Both the position numbers and the translations under genes were made by a program. A stretch of DNA of 64,000 nucleotides, from positions 7 through 64,006 of the forward strand of contig JAKADY010000011.1 of NCBI GenBank assembly GCA_021826065.1, read 5' to 3'. The notes beneath the pieces are model-generated. The model searched no databases and had not been told where the DNA came from. It was given only the letters and a program-made list of their open reading frames with translations. This stretch comes from Pseudomonadota bacterium. Its GTDB lineage: Bacteria > Pseudomonadota > Gammaproteobacteria > Burkholderiales > Thiobacillaceae. Of the stretch, positions 52,406 through 60,847 are shown piece by piece. Each line of letters starts with the position of its first letter. Position 1 is the first letter of the stretch.

Positions 52406-52530
52406 GCCGGCGAGATCGAGAGGTGATGGTGGTGACGACGGTCACCCGATTGGCGTAAAGTGACCGCGATCGCAAGTGTACGCCGAAAGCCCCGGCCATG
52501 CCGCTCAGGGCTCGGATCATGGAGGCTCCC

Positions 52531-52959
52531 ATGCAACGCGCATTGTTGATCGGCCTGCTCACCGCCTTGGTGGCCGCGCCGACCTGGGCCCAGAGGCAAA
52601 GCGCCGCCGGCAACCTCGAACTGCACGCCGAGGCCGTCCCGAGCCGCACCCTCACGCCGGAGGCAGCCGCCAGCTACCGGGTCGAACCGGCGCCGGATCG
52701 CGGCGTGCTGCTCGTCACCGTGGTCAAGCGCGAGCGTGGCGGCACCGCCACGGTCCCCGCCCAGGTCTATGCCGGGGCCATGAGCCGCCGCAACCACGTC
52801 ATCAGCATCCCGTTGCGCGAGGTGCGCGAGGACAAATCGGTGTTCTACGTGGGCGAATTCCGGCTGACCCCGCCGGACGAGCTGCGTTTCCTGATCAACG
52901 CCAATGTCCTCGGCACGCCGCTCAAGGCCGAGTTCAACCGGGCCTTCCCGGTGGATTAG
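52531..52959 (+). CDS. periplasmic DUF4426-like protein
   Basis: ATG 52531 with GGAGG SD. Signal peptide MQRALLIGLLTALVAAPTWA. Beta-rich 142-aa body resembling the DUF4426 family from memory. Confidence 0.5.
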   Translation: MQRALLIGLLTALVAAPTWAQRQSAAGNLELHAEAVPSRTLTPEAAASYRVEPAPDRGVLLVTVVKRERGGTATVPAQVYAGAMSRRNHVISIPLREVREDKSVFYVGEFRLTPPDELRFLINANVLGTPLKAEFNRAFPVD

Positions 52960-53630
52960 ACGGCCGGCCGCCAGAGCAGCTGGACGAGCCCCCAGACGCC
53001 GAAGGCGGCGACCAGAAGCCCCGCCGCGCGGCGCAGGCGCCGGTCGGCAGCGATCGAGCGCAGACGGTCGGCGGCCCAGCCCATGGCCAGCAGATTGGGC
53101 AGCGTGCCCAGCCCGAAGGCCAACATGAGGCCGGCGCCATCGACCGGGCCGCCGCTCGCCAGGGCCGAGACCAGCACGCTGTAGACCAGGCCGCAGGGCA
53201 GCCAGCCCCACAGCGCCCCGGCGACCACGGCCTGGCCGGCACTGCGCACCGGCAGAAGCCGCCCGAGTCGTGGCTGCAAGCGCGCCCAGAGCGCCCCACC
53301 GGCCCGCTCGATGACCAGGATGGCCCGGTTCAGCCCGGCCAGATAGAGCCCCAGCAGGATCAGCACCACCTGGGCCAGGAGGTAGAGGGCTTGTTGAAGC
53401 GGCAGTAGATGCTCTGACAGGAAGGCGGCCGAACCGACCAGGCCGGCCAGGACGCCTGCCAGGGTGTAGCTCAGGATGCGGCCCAGGTTGTAGCCCAGGT
53501 GCAGTCCGAAGGGCAGGCGCACCCCGCCGTGCCAGGACATGGCGGCGACGATGCCACCACACATGCCCACACAGTGGGCGCCGCCCAGGAAACCGACCAG
53601 GAAGGCCGCGACCAGAGAGAGCTCAGGCAA
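52956..53630 (-). CDS. TauE/SafE- or DsbD_2-like polytopic membrane protein (HCxxMCG motif)
   Basis: Hydrophobic ORF with GGAHCVGMCGGIV near the N-terminus and WGWLPCGLVY later. There is no in-frame ATG before that motif; TTG at 53630 (giving MPELSLVAAFLVGF) is proposed and uncertain. The track ORF extends to 53807 through a repeat element. Confidence 0.55.
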   Translation of the reverse strand: MPELSLVAAFLVGFLGGAHCVGMCGGIVAAMSWHGGVRLPFGLHLGYNLGRILSYTLAGVLAGLVGSAAFLSEHLLPLQQALYLLAQVVLILLGLYLAGLNRAILVIERAGGALWARLQPRLGRLLPVRSAGQAVVAGALWGWLPCGLVYSVLVSALASGGPVDGAGLMLAFGLGTLPNLLAMGWAADRLRSIAADRRLRRAAGLLVAAFGVWGLVQLLWRPAV

Positions 53631-53656
53631 GGTGCGAAGGCAGCGGTGCCATGCCC

Positions 53657-53745
53657 TCAAGAGACTCGCCGGGCCATCCCGAGCGTTTCTTGGCCCCCGT
53701 GGGGGGGCGATTCGACGCGACGCGGCGAATCGGGGGCGGTGCTCA
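53657..53745 (-). repeat. 89-nt structured intercistronic element, copy B
   Basis: Aligns end to end with 32292-32379. The second stem shows a compensatory change (CGATTCG/CGAATCG versus CGATTCT/GGAATCG). As in copy A, it starts at the stop codon of the upstream minus-strand gene (TGA 53745-53743). Confidence 0.75.
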
Positions 53746-54240
53746 TTCGCAGCGCATCCCGCTGGCCAGCCAGGCCTGGACCTCGCGGTGCCAGGCCGGC
53801 GAGCCACCCTCCGGCGTGGGGCGGGAACCGCCGGGGGTCATCCCCGAATCCAGGGCCCAGTGGATACGGCCGTCGTGCAGCAGGTGCTCGCGCAGCCGCC
53901 GCCCCCCATCGGTTGCTCCGGCGTTGCGCTTGATGAGCTCGCAGGTCTCGCGCGGTGGGAGCCCCGTCCAGTCCAGCCTCGCGAGGGTGGCCTGCCATTC
54001 GCCGCCCTTGAGGCCGGTGAGCTGCGGGTGGTGGCAGGTGTCGCACAGATAGCGGTTGCGGTGGGTGGAGTAGGACAGCCCCTGGCTGCGCGCGCTGTTG
54101 AACTGGTGGCAGGTCAGGCAGCGCGGGTGCTGAAACAGAGGATAGAGGGTCTCGGCGAAGCTCCCCCCCGGCGCCACTTTGGACGCCCACGACGCCGGCA
54201 GGATCACGGCGAGTATGGGCAACAGCAAGAACCGCCTCAT
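53743..54240 (-). CDS. secreted protein with two CxxCH haem-c motifs (dihaem cytochrome-like)
   Basis: ATG 54240 (MRRFLLLPILAVILPASWA signal peptide). 165 aa with CLTCH and CDTCH. Hidden in the 3' part of the 434-aa track ORF 53743..55047. Starts 2 nt after the upstream stop. Confidence 0.55.
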   Translation of the reverse strand: MRRFLLLPILAVILPASWASKVAPGGSFAETLYPLFQHPRCLTCHQFNSARSQGLSYSTHRNRYLCDTCHHPQLTGLKGGEWQATLARLDWTGLPPRETCELIKRNAGATDGGRRLREHLLHDGRIHWALDSGMTPGGSRPTPEGGSPAWHREVQAWLASGMRCE

Positions 54241-54242
54241 AT

Positions 54243-54983
54243 TCACTCCCTGGGTACGAATTGCGTGCGGTAGGCCGCATAGGTCGAGGTCATCGCCAGC
54301 GGCAGGAAGAGCAGCAGGCCCAACCCCAGCGGGATGATCAGGGCCAGCATCGCCAGCAGCGACAAGATCAGGCCGTAGAGCAGCATGGGCCGCCAGTTGA
54401 CCAGACAGGCCCAGAGGCTCCAGTACAGGGCCTTGCCGGCCGGGAAGGCGTCGAACAGGGCCAAGGCCGGGGCGAACCAGGTCGCCATCAGCAGCGGGGT
54501 GAACAGCACCGCCCCGGTCAACAGGGCCGGCAGTGCCTGGTCGAGCACGGCCTGGGCCTCGGCGGGGTCCATCTCCTGCGGTCGGGCGGCGAGCTGCATC
54601 AGCCGCTCGATGGCGTCGCCGCCGACCAGGACCATCGCCTGGCCGACCAGGACGTGCGCGACCATGTAGACCACGCCGATCGCCAGCAGGGCCTGGCGGC
54701 CGCGGTGCCAGCCGGCGGCGACATGGATGAGGCCGGTCGGCTCGCCCCGCTCCACGGCACGGGCCGCGGCCATGTAGGCGGCGACCAGGAAGGGCGAGGC
54801 GAGCTCCAGCAGCAGCGGACCGGCCATGGGGATCAGGCTCAAGCCATAGGCGGCCAGGAAGAAGGCGGCGCTCATCCCCATCCAGGGGATGACGGCCGGG
54901 GTGAACAGGCGAAGACCGGTGCGCAGCCACTCCGTGGCCGCCATCGCCGGCGGCCGGCTGAGGCCCAGGGCATTCATGCCCAC
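54243..54983 (-). CDS. polytopic membrane protein, function unknown
   Basis: 246-aa ORF with ~6 hydrophobic segments; resembles the BPSS1780/DUF2189-type membrane proteins from memory only. Confidence 0.45.
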   Translation of the reverse strand: MGMNALGLSRPPAMAATEWLRTGLRLFTPAVIPWMGMSAAFFLAAYGLSLIPMAGPLLLELASPFLVAAYMAAARAVERGEPTGLIHVAAGWHRGRQALLAIGVVYMVAHVLVGQAMVLVGGDAIERLMQLAARPQEMDPAEAQAVLDQALPALLTGAVLFTPLLMATWFAPALALFDAFPAGKALYWSLWACLVNWRPMLLYGLILSLLAMLALIIPLGLGLLLFLPLAMTSTYAAYRTQFVPRE

Positions 54984-55056
54984 CCCCCTGCGCGGGGGAC
55001 GCCGCCGCCGACAAACAAACGCCGCCCGTGGGCGGCGTCTGGCGCACGAGCGCCCA

Positions 55057-55392
55057 TCAGAAGGAGAAGATCACCCACAGCGGCACCATGAAGTTGGGCG
55101 AGAGGTCGTCGTGGCGCACGAGCTGGCCGTCGCCGCGAACGTCGACGAGGTAGTAGGGCCGGCCGTGCGGCGGCGTCACCTTGATGGCGTAGAGGCGGCC
55201 GCGGATGCGGTACTCCTCGACCTTGTCCTCGCCGCGCGTGGTGATGGTGACCTGCGGCTCCAGGTCGGCCTCCGGCATGCCCGGCGGCGGCGGGATCTCG
55301 GGCAGCGGCTGCAGCGGCGGGCGGTCCTGGGACAGGGCGGGACCTGCGGCAAGGGCGGCCGCCAGCAGCAGGGGCAGGGTGCGCATGGCCAT
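55057..55392 (-). CDS. secreted DUF2782-like protein
   Basis: 111 aa; signal peptide MAMRTLPLLLAAALAAGPALS; ITTRGEDKVEEYRIRGRLYAIKVTPPHGRPYYLVD matches the DUF2782 pattern often found near polA. Confidence 0.5.
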   Translation of the reverse strand: MAMRTLPLLLAAALAAGPALSQDRPPLQPLPEIPPPPGMPEADLEPQVTITTRGEDKVEEYRIRGRLYAIKVTPPHGRPYYLVDVRGDGQLVRHDDLSPNFMVPLWVIFSF

Positions 55393-55467
55393 TCCTTAGC
55401 GGTTTCTAATGTTCTTATTGTAGCAGCCGATGCCCGTGCACCCCCTGCGGGAAACTGGCCGGATGGC

Positions 55468-56193
55468 TCAGAGGTTGAGCAGGATCTCGCGCTCCTGCAA
55501 CGACGGCTCGAAGCCGCGCCGCTCGTAGTGCTGGAAGATGGCCTCCACCACCTGGTCCGGCTCGTCGATCACCTGGATCAGGTGCATGTCGTCGGCGTCG
55601 ATCATGCCCTCGGTTACCAGGGTGTCGCGGAACCAGTCCGTGAGTCCCTTCCAGTAGCGGCTTTGCACCAGGATGATGGGGATACGCCGGGTCTTGCCGG
55701 TCTGCACCAGGGTCAGCACCTCCATCAGCTCGTCCAGGGTGCCGAAGCCGCCGGGCATGATCACATAGGCCGCGGCGAACTTGACGAACATCACCTTGCG
55801 CGCGAAGAAGTGGCGGAAGGTCTGGCTGATGTCCTGGTAGGGGTTGGCGTGCTGCTCGTGCGGCAGTTGGATGTTGAGCCCCACGCTGGGCGAGCGGCCG
55901 AAGAAGGCCCCCTTGTTGGCCGCCTCCATCACCCCCGGCCCCCCGCCGGAGACCACGGCGAAACCGGCGTCCGAGAGCTTGCGGGCGATCACCTCGGTGA
56001 GCAGGTAGTAGGCGTGGTCCGGGGCGATGCGCGCCGAGCCGAAGATGGACACGGCCGGGCGGATGGGGGCCAGCCGCTCGGTGGCCTCGACGAATTCGGC
56101 CATAATCTCGAACATCCGCCAGGACTCCCGCGCCGAGGTCACCGCCTCGTGGCTGTGGCCGGGGTCGATGAGGGGGGGGATCTTCTTTTTCAT
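55468..56193 (-). CDS. LOG-family (TIGR00730) nucleotide phosphoribohydrolase
   Basis: SGGGPGVMEAANKGA and PGGFGTLDELMEVLTLVQTGK motifs. ATG 56193 preferred (the track TTG start is at 56214). A C8 run on the coding strand encodes IPPL near the N-terminus. Confidence 0.72.
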   Translation of the reverse strand: MKKKIPPLIDPGHSHEAVTSARESWRMFEIMAEFVEATERLAPIRPAVSIFGSARIAPDHAYYLLTEVIARKLSDAGFAVVSGGGPGVMEAANKGAFFGRSPSVGLNIQLPHEQHANPYQDISQTFRHFFARKVMFVKFAAAYVIMPGGFGTLDELMEVLTLVQTGKTRRIPIILVQSRYWKGLTDWFRDTLVTEGMIDADDMHLIQVIDEPDQVVEAIFQHYERRGFEPSLQEREILLNL

Positions 56194-56206
56194 CGGGGAA
56201 ACTCGC

Positions 56207-58936
56207 TTGTCCAAAGTGCTCCTGCTGGTCGACGGCTCCAGCTACCTCTACCGTGCCTTCCATGCCCTGCCCGAGCTCAAGAACCGCGCGGGCGAGCCCA
56301 CCGGCGCCCTCTACGGCGTCATCAACATGCTGCGCCGCTTGCGCCGTGAGGTGCCGGCCGACTACGCCGCCTGCGTGTTCGACGCCAAGGGCAAGACCTT
56401 CCGCGATGCATTGTATCCGGAATACAAGGCGCACCGCCCGCCCATGCCGGAGGAACTGGCCGCGCAGATCGAACCGCTGCACGAGACGATCCAGGCCTTG
56501 GGCTGGCCGCTGCTGGTCATCGACGGGGTGGAGGCGGACGACGTCATCGGCACCCTGGCGCGCCAGGCCGAGCGGCATGGGCTCTCCACCCTGATCTCCA
56601 GCGGCGACAAGGACCTCTGCCAGTTGGTGAGCCCTCACATCACGGTCGTCGACACCATGGCCAACAAGACCTACGACCCGGCGGGCGTGATGGAAAAGTT
56701 CGGCGTGCCGCCCGAGCGGGTACTAGACTGGCTCACCCTGGTGGGTGACGCCATCGACAACGTCCCCGGTGTGGACAAGGTCGGTCCCAAGACCGCGGCC
56801 AAGTGGCTGAGCGAGTACGGCAGCCTGGAGGCCCTCATGGCGCACGCCCACGAGATCAGGGGGGTGGCGGGGGAGAACCTGCGCGCGGCGCTCGACTGGC
56901 TGCCCAAGGCGCGTGAACTGCTCGCGGTGAGGACCGACGTGGCCCTGCCGGTGGGCCCCGCGGACCTCGCCTGGCGCCCCGAGGACCGCGCGCGGCTGAT
57001 CGAGCTGTTCACCCGCTACGGCTTCCGCTCATGGCTCAACGAACTGGCCGCCCCTCCCGCCGCCTCCGCAGGGGCGGGCGGCGGCGCAGCCGCCGGTTCA
57101 GATGACCACGGCGAGGCGGCCGGGCGCGCCGATCGCCGCTACGAGACCGTGCTCGACGCGGCCGCCCTCGACCGCTGGCTGGACAGGATCGCCCACGCCG
57201 AGCTGGTCTGCCTGGACACCGAGACCACCGCTCTCGAGCCCATGCAGGCGCGCCTGGTGGGCATCGCCCTCGCCGTCGAGACCGGTGAGGCCGCCTACAT
57301 CCCCCTTGCCCACCGCTACGCCGGCGCCCCGCCGCAACTACCCCTGGCGCGCGTGCTCGAACGCCTGCGCCCCTGGCTGGAGGACCCGGCGCGGCCCAAG
57401 CTCGGCCAGAACCTCAAGTACGACTGGCACGTGCTGATGAACCACGGCATCACCCTGCAGGGCATCGCCCACGACACCCTGCTCCAGAGCTATGTCCTGG
57501 AGGCGCACGAACGCCACGACATGGACAGCCTGGCCGAGCGCCATCTCAACGAGACCACCATCCGTTACGAGGAGGTCTGCGGCAAGGGCGCCAACCAGAT
57601 CGGCTTCGACCAGGTCGAGCTCGCGCGGGCCACCGAATACGCCGCCGAGGACGCCGACATCACCCTGCGCCTGCACCATGCCCTGCATCCGCGCATCAGG
57701 GCCGAGCCGGGGCTCGACTTCGTCTATCACGCCATCGAGATGCCCCTGCTGCCCGTGCTCGCGCGCATGGAGCGCACCGGGGTGCTCATCGACACCGCGC
57801 GCCTCAAGCAGCACTCCGACTTCCTCGCCGGCGAGCTGCGCGCGCTGGAGGCGAAGGCCCAAGCCGCCGCCGGCCAGCCCTTCAACCTCGCCTCGCCGAA
57901 ACAACTGGCCGAGCTGCTCTTCGGCCAACTGGGCCTGCCGGTGCTGAAGAAGACGCCCAAGGGCGCCCCCTCCACCGACGAGGAGGTCTTGGAAAAGCTG
58001 GCCCTGGACTACCCCCTGCCGCGCATGATCCTGGACTGGCGCGCGCTCGCCAAGCTCAAGTCCACCTACACCGACAAGCTGCCGCAGATGGTGGACCCCG
58101 CCACCGGCCGCGTGCACACCACCTACGCCCAGGCCACGGCGGTCACCGGGCGGCTCGCCAGCGTCGAGCCCAACCTGCAGAACATCCCGGTGCGCACGCC
58201 GGAGGGCCGCAAGATCCGCGAGGCCTTCATCGCCGCGCCCGGTTTCGTGATCGTCTCGGCCGACTACTCGCAGATCGAGCTGCGCATCATGGCCCACCTC
58301 TCCGGCGACGAGCGGCTGCTCAAGGCCTTCCGCGAGGACGCCGACATCCACCGCGCCACCGCCGCCGAGGTGCTGGGCCTGGCCCCCGAGCAGGTGACCC
58401 CCGAGCAGCGACGCATGGCCAAGGCGGTCAACTTTGGCCTCATCTACGGCATGTCGGCCTTCGGGCTGGCCGCCCAGCTCGGGATTGAACGTGCCGCCGC
58501 GCAGAACTACATCGACCGCTATTTCGCCCGCTATCCCGGTGTGGCGCGCTACATGGAACGCACACGCGAGAAGGCCCGGCAACAGGGCTATGTCGAGACC
58601 CTGTTCGGCCGACGGCTCTACCTGCCGGAGATCGGCAGCGGCAACCCCGCCCGCCGCAACGGCGCCGAACGCGCCGCCATCAACGCCCCCATGCAGGGCA
58701 CCGCCGCCGACCTGATCAAGCTGGCCATGATCGCCGTGCAGGGTTGGCTGGACGCCGAGCGCATGATGAGCCGGCTGATCATGCAGGTGCACGACGAGCT
58801 GGTGCTGGAGGTGGCGGAAGGAGAGCTCGAGCGGGTCAAGCAGCGGCTACCCGAGCTGATGTGCGGGGTGGCCCAGCTCACGGTGCCGCTAAAGGTCGAC
58901 GTGGGGGTGGGGCCGAACTGGGAGGCGGCGCATTGA
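56207..58936 (+). CDS. polA: DNA polymerase I
   Basis: VLLLVDGSSYLYRAFHALPEL 5'-nuclease start, 3'-5' exonuclease and polymerase motifs (DYSQIELRIMAHLS, QVHDELV). The true start is TTG 56207 or GTG 56216. The track ORF start 56027 overlaps the divergent LOG gene. Confidence 0.92.
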   Translation: MSKVLLLVDGSSYLYRAFHALPELKNRAGEPTGALYGVINMLRRLRREVPADYAACVFDAKGKTFRDALYPEYKAHRPPMPEELAAQIEPLHETIQALGWPLLVIDGVEADDVIGTLARQAERHGLSTLISSGDKDLCQLVSPHITVVDTMANKTYDPAGVMEKFGVPPERVLDWLTLVGDAIDNVPGVDKVGPKTAAKWLSEYGSLEALMAHAHEIRGVAGENLRAALDWLPKARELLAVRTDVALPVGPADLAWRPEDRARLIELFTRYGFRSWLNELAAPPAASAGAGGGAAAGSDDHGEAAGRADRRYETVLDAAALDRWLDRIAHAELVCLDTETTALEPMQARLVGIALAVETGEAAYIPLAHRYAGAPPQLPLARVLERLRPWLEDPARPKLGQNLKYDWHVLMNHGITLQGIAHDTLLQSYVLEAHERHDMDSLAERHLNETTIRYEEVCGKGANQIGFDQVELARATEYAAEDADITLRLHHALHPRIRAEPGLDFVYHAIEMPLLPVLARMERTGVLIDTARLKQHSDFLAGELRALEAKAQAAAGQPFNLASPKQLAELLFGQLGLPVLKKTPKGAPSTDEEVLEKLALDYPLPRMILDWRALAKLKSTYTDKLPQMVDPATGRVHTTYAQATAVTGRLASVEPNLQNIPVRTPEGRKIREAFIAAPGFVIVSADYSQIELRIMAHLSGDERLLKAFREDADIHRATAAEVLGLAPEQVTPEQRRMAKAVNFGLIYGMSAFGLAAQLGIERAAAQNYIDRYFARYPGVARYMERTREKARQQGYVETLFGRRLYLPEIGSGNPARRNGAERAAINAPMQGTAADLIKLAMIAVQGWLDAERMMSRLIMQVHDELVLEVAEGELERVKQRLPELMCGVAQLTVPLKVDVGVGPNWEAAH

Positions 58937-59099
58937 CAGAGGACTGAGGACTGTTTTCAAGGCTTGCCGGCGCCAAGCGCCGGCGTGTTCTCAGTCTTCT
59001 GTCCTCAGTCTTCAGTCCTCAGAAACGTATCGCCCGCGGGTGCGCCGCACCCGCGCAAGCCTGACTGTCCTCTGTCCTCTGTCCTCAGTCCTCTGTCAC
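58937..59099. repeat. heptad (TCWGTCY) repeat blocks in both orientations plus two GC hairpins between convergent genes
   Basis: CAGAGGACTGAGGACTG (58937-53) is the reverse complement of the CAGTCCTCAGTCCTCTG-type repeats at 58990-59021 and 59061-59099. Hairpins GCCGGCGC-CAA-GCGCCGGC (58966-58984) and CGCGGGTGC-GCC-GCACCCGCG (59035-59055). Confidence 0.7.
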
Positions 59100-59401
59100 A
59101 TACAGACCGGTTGCAGATCGACCGGCAGGAAGCGGTTGCTCTCGATCACCCCACGCGCCATCAGCTCCCTCAGGGTGGCGAAGGGTCCCACACCGCCGTC
59201 GATGTGGTTGAGCTGCATGCAGGGGGTGGTGAACAGCACCGTCGCCTTTGCGCCCGGCTGCATGACGAGCTGGACGGGGCCGGCGCCGAGACGGGTGACA
59301 CCGGGCCGGTTCGGCGCGGCGGGCTCCGCGGCGCGGGCCAGTCCCAGGAGATTCCCCAACCAGACGATCAGCAGACAGATCAGACAGCGCTTGGCGATCA
59401 T
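59096..59401 (-). CDS. small secreted hypothetical protein
   Basis: 101-aa ORF with signal-peptide-like MIAKRCLICLLIVWLGNLLGLARA. No recognised family. Confidence 0.4.
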   Translation of the reverse strand: MIAKRCLICLLIVWLGNLLGLARAAEPAAPNRPGVTRLGAGPVQLVMQPGAKATVLFTTPCMQLNHIDGGVGPFATLRELMARGVIESNRFLPVDLQPVCM

Positions 59402-59530
59402 AGGCGACTCCTCATGTGACCGATGCCCGCAAACCGCATGCGGCTACCGAATATTTGTTTCGTTTATAGCCCCATAACAATGATCAATTCATACCAGGTC
59501 AGGGGCCTCTGCCGCGAGGAGTCGCCCGGC

Positions 59531-59908
59531 CTAGACGCCCCGCAATAGGGCCTGGATATCGCGCTGCAGCAGGGCCGGGTCACCCAGGTTGAGCTCCACC
59601 AGCCGGCGCAGGTCGGTGGCGCTGTCGAGGTCGATGTCCACGCACTGGAAGCCGGCATAGCGGCCGTTTTGGTAGACCGGGCGCGCATCCATGGCGATCT
59701 CGACGTCGCGCGCGATCCAGATGGAGATGCGATAGACCTGGCCGGGCTCGAGCTGCCAGTCGTCCCGCGCCTCCAGCAGGCAGCCCTTGAGTGAGACGTC
59801 GTGGAGCTGGCAGGGCCAGTCCCGGCCGGGGGTAAAGACGGTGGCACGGGCGTCGTGCAACACCCGGTGGAAGTTCCGCCGCTCCCGGGGGTCATCCGCG
59901 ACTTTCAT
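59531..59908 (-). CDS. PilZ-domain (c-di-GMP-binding) protein
   Basis: ATG 59908 (track ORF extends to 60064 through a repeat element). 125 aa. RRNFHR (RxxxR) and DVSLKGC (DxSxxG) motifs at the expected spacing. Confidence 0.62.
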   Translation of the reverse strand: MKVADDPRERRNFHRVLHDARATVFTPGRDWPCQLHDVSLKGCLLEARDDWQLEPGQVYRISIWIARDVEIAMDARPVYQNGRYAGFQCVDIDLDSATDLRRLVELNLGDPALLQRDIQALLRGV

Positions 59909-59970
59909 ACCGTTATGGATATCGGCAGGGTCGCCGCGAGACTGAATGGCTTTAGCGTGAAAGTCGCTTG

Positions 59971-60110
59971 AGCGACTTCTCGAAGCTCCCCTCTCCCCCC
60001 GGGAGAGCGACTTCTCGAAGCTCCCCTCTCCCCCCGGGATAGGGGTTGGGGGTGAGGGAAACAAACATGGCTTATTTCGGGGCGTCTTCTCAAAGTCATG
60101 TCCGTTAGCG
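59971..60110. repeat. BoxC-like GGGTGAGGG repeat, copy 5, with internal 35-nt tandem duplication
   Basis: AGCGACTTCTCGAAGCTCCCCTCTCCCCCCGGGAG (59971-60005) is repeated at 60006-60040 with its last base changed to T. Then AGGGGTTGGGGGTGAGGGAA ... CTCAAAGTCATGTCCGTTAGCGAC, the same tail type as copy 2. Confidence 0.8.
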
Positions 60111-60116
60111 ACACGC

Positions 60117-60773
60117 TCAGGCGGTCAGGGTCTGCACGCCCTGCGGGGTGCCGATCAGGCAGACGTCCGCCCCGCGCCGGGCGAACAACCCGTTGGTCAC
60201 CACCCCGACGATCTGGTTGATCTCGCCCTCCAGGGCGACGGGGTCAAGGATGTTCAGGTTGTGCACGTCGAGGATCACGTTGCCGTTGTCGGTGGTGAAC
60301 CCGGCGCGCAGCACCGGGCTGCCACCCAGTTTGACGAGCTGACGCGCGACATAGGAGCGGGCCATGGGGATTACCTCCACCGGCAGCGGAAAGCGGCCCA
60401 GCACGTCCACCAGCTTGGTCTGGTCGACGATGCAGACGAACTTCTTGGCGCAGGCGGCGACGATCTTCTCGCGCGTGAGCGCCCCGCCGCCGCCCTTGAT
60501 CATGGCCAGGTGGCGGGTGATCTCGTCGGCGCCGTCGACATAGACCTCCAGCTCGCCGACCTCGTTCAGATCCAGCACGCGGATGCCGTGTTTCTTGAGC
60601 CGCTCGGCGGTGGCCACGGAGCTGGCCACGGCGCCGTCGATGCGCCCCTTGATCCTGGCCAGCTCGTCGATGAAGTAATTGGCGGTGGAGCCGGTGCCCA
60701 CGCCGATCACACCGGCGGGCACGTAGTCGATGGCGGCGCGGGCGACGGCCTGTTTCATCTCGTCCTGATTCAT
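60117..60773 (-). CDS. rpiA: ribose-5-phosphate isomerase A
   Basis: ATG 60773 ([11 protein letters not shown]...). [35 protein letters not shown] motifs. Confidence 0.9.
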   Translation of the reverse strand: MNQDEMKQAVARAAIDYVPAGVIGVGTGSTANYFIDELARIKGRIDGAVASSVATAERLKKHGIRVLDLNEVGELEVYVDGADEITRHLAMIKGGGGALTREKIVAACAKKFVCIVDQTKLVDVLGRFPLPVEVIPMARSYVARQLVKLGGSPVLRAGFTTDNGNVILDVHNLNILDPVALEGEINQIVGVVTNGLFARRGADVCLIGTPQGVQTLTA

Positions 60774-60847
60774 GGTCGTTTCTCTATGAACTTGTCGGGA
60801 AAAACCCGAGAATAGCGCCAATCCCGACCGATTCCTAGCAACCCCGC

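Noticed and set aside
52402-53562. Possible hslV in the ORF immediately upstream of hslU
   Set aside because: The translation is Arg/Pro/Gly-rich with no Thr1 Ntn-hydrolase features. The region is better explained by the plus-strand DUF4426-like gene and the minus-strand TauE-like gene in other frames.
53743-55047. Single 434-aa gene
   Set aside because: It is better explained as two genes: a membrane protein (54243-54983) in another frame and a 165-aa signal-peptide-bearing CxxCH protein (53743-54240). The 5' part of the long ORF has shadow-frame composition.
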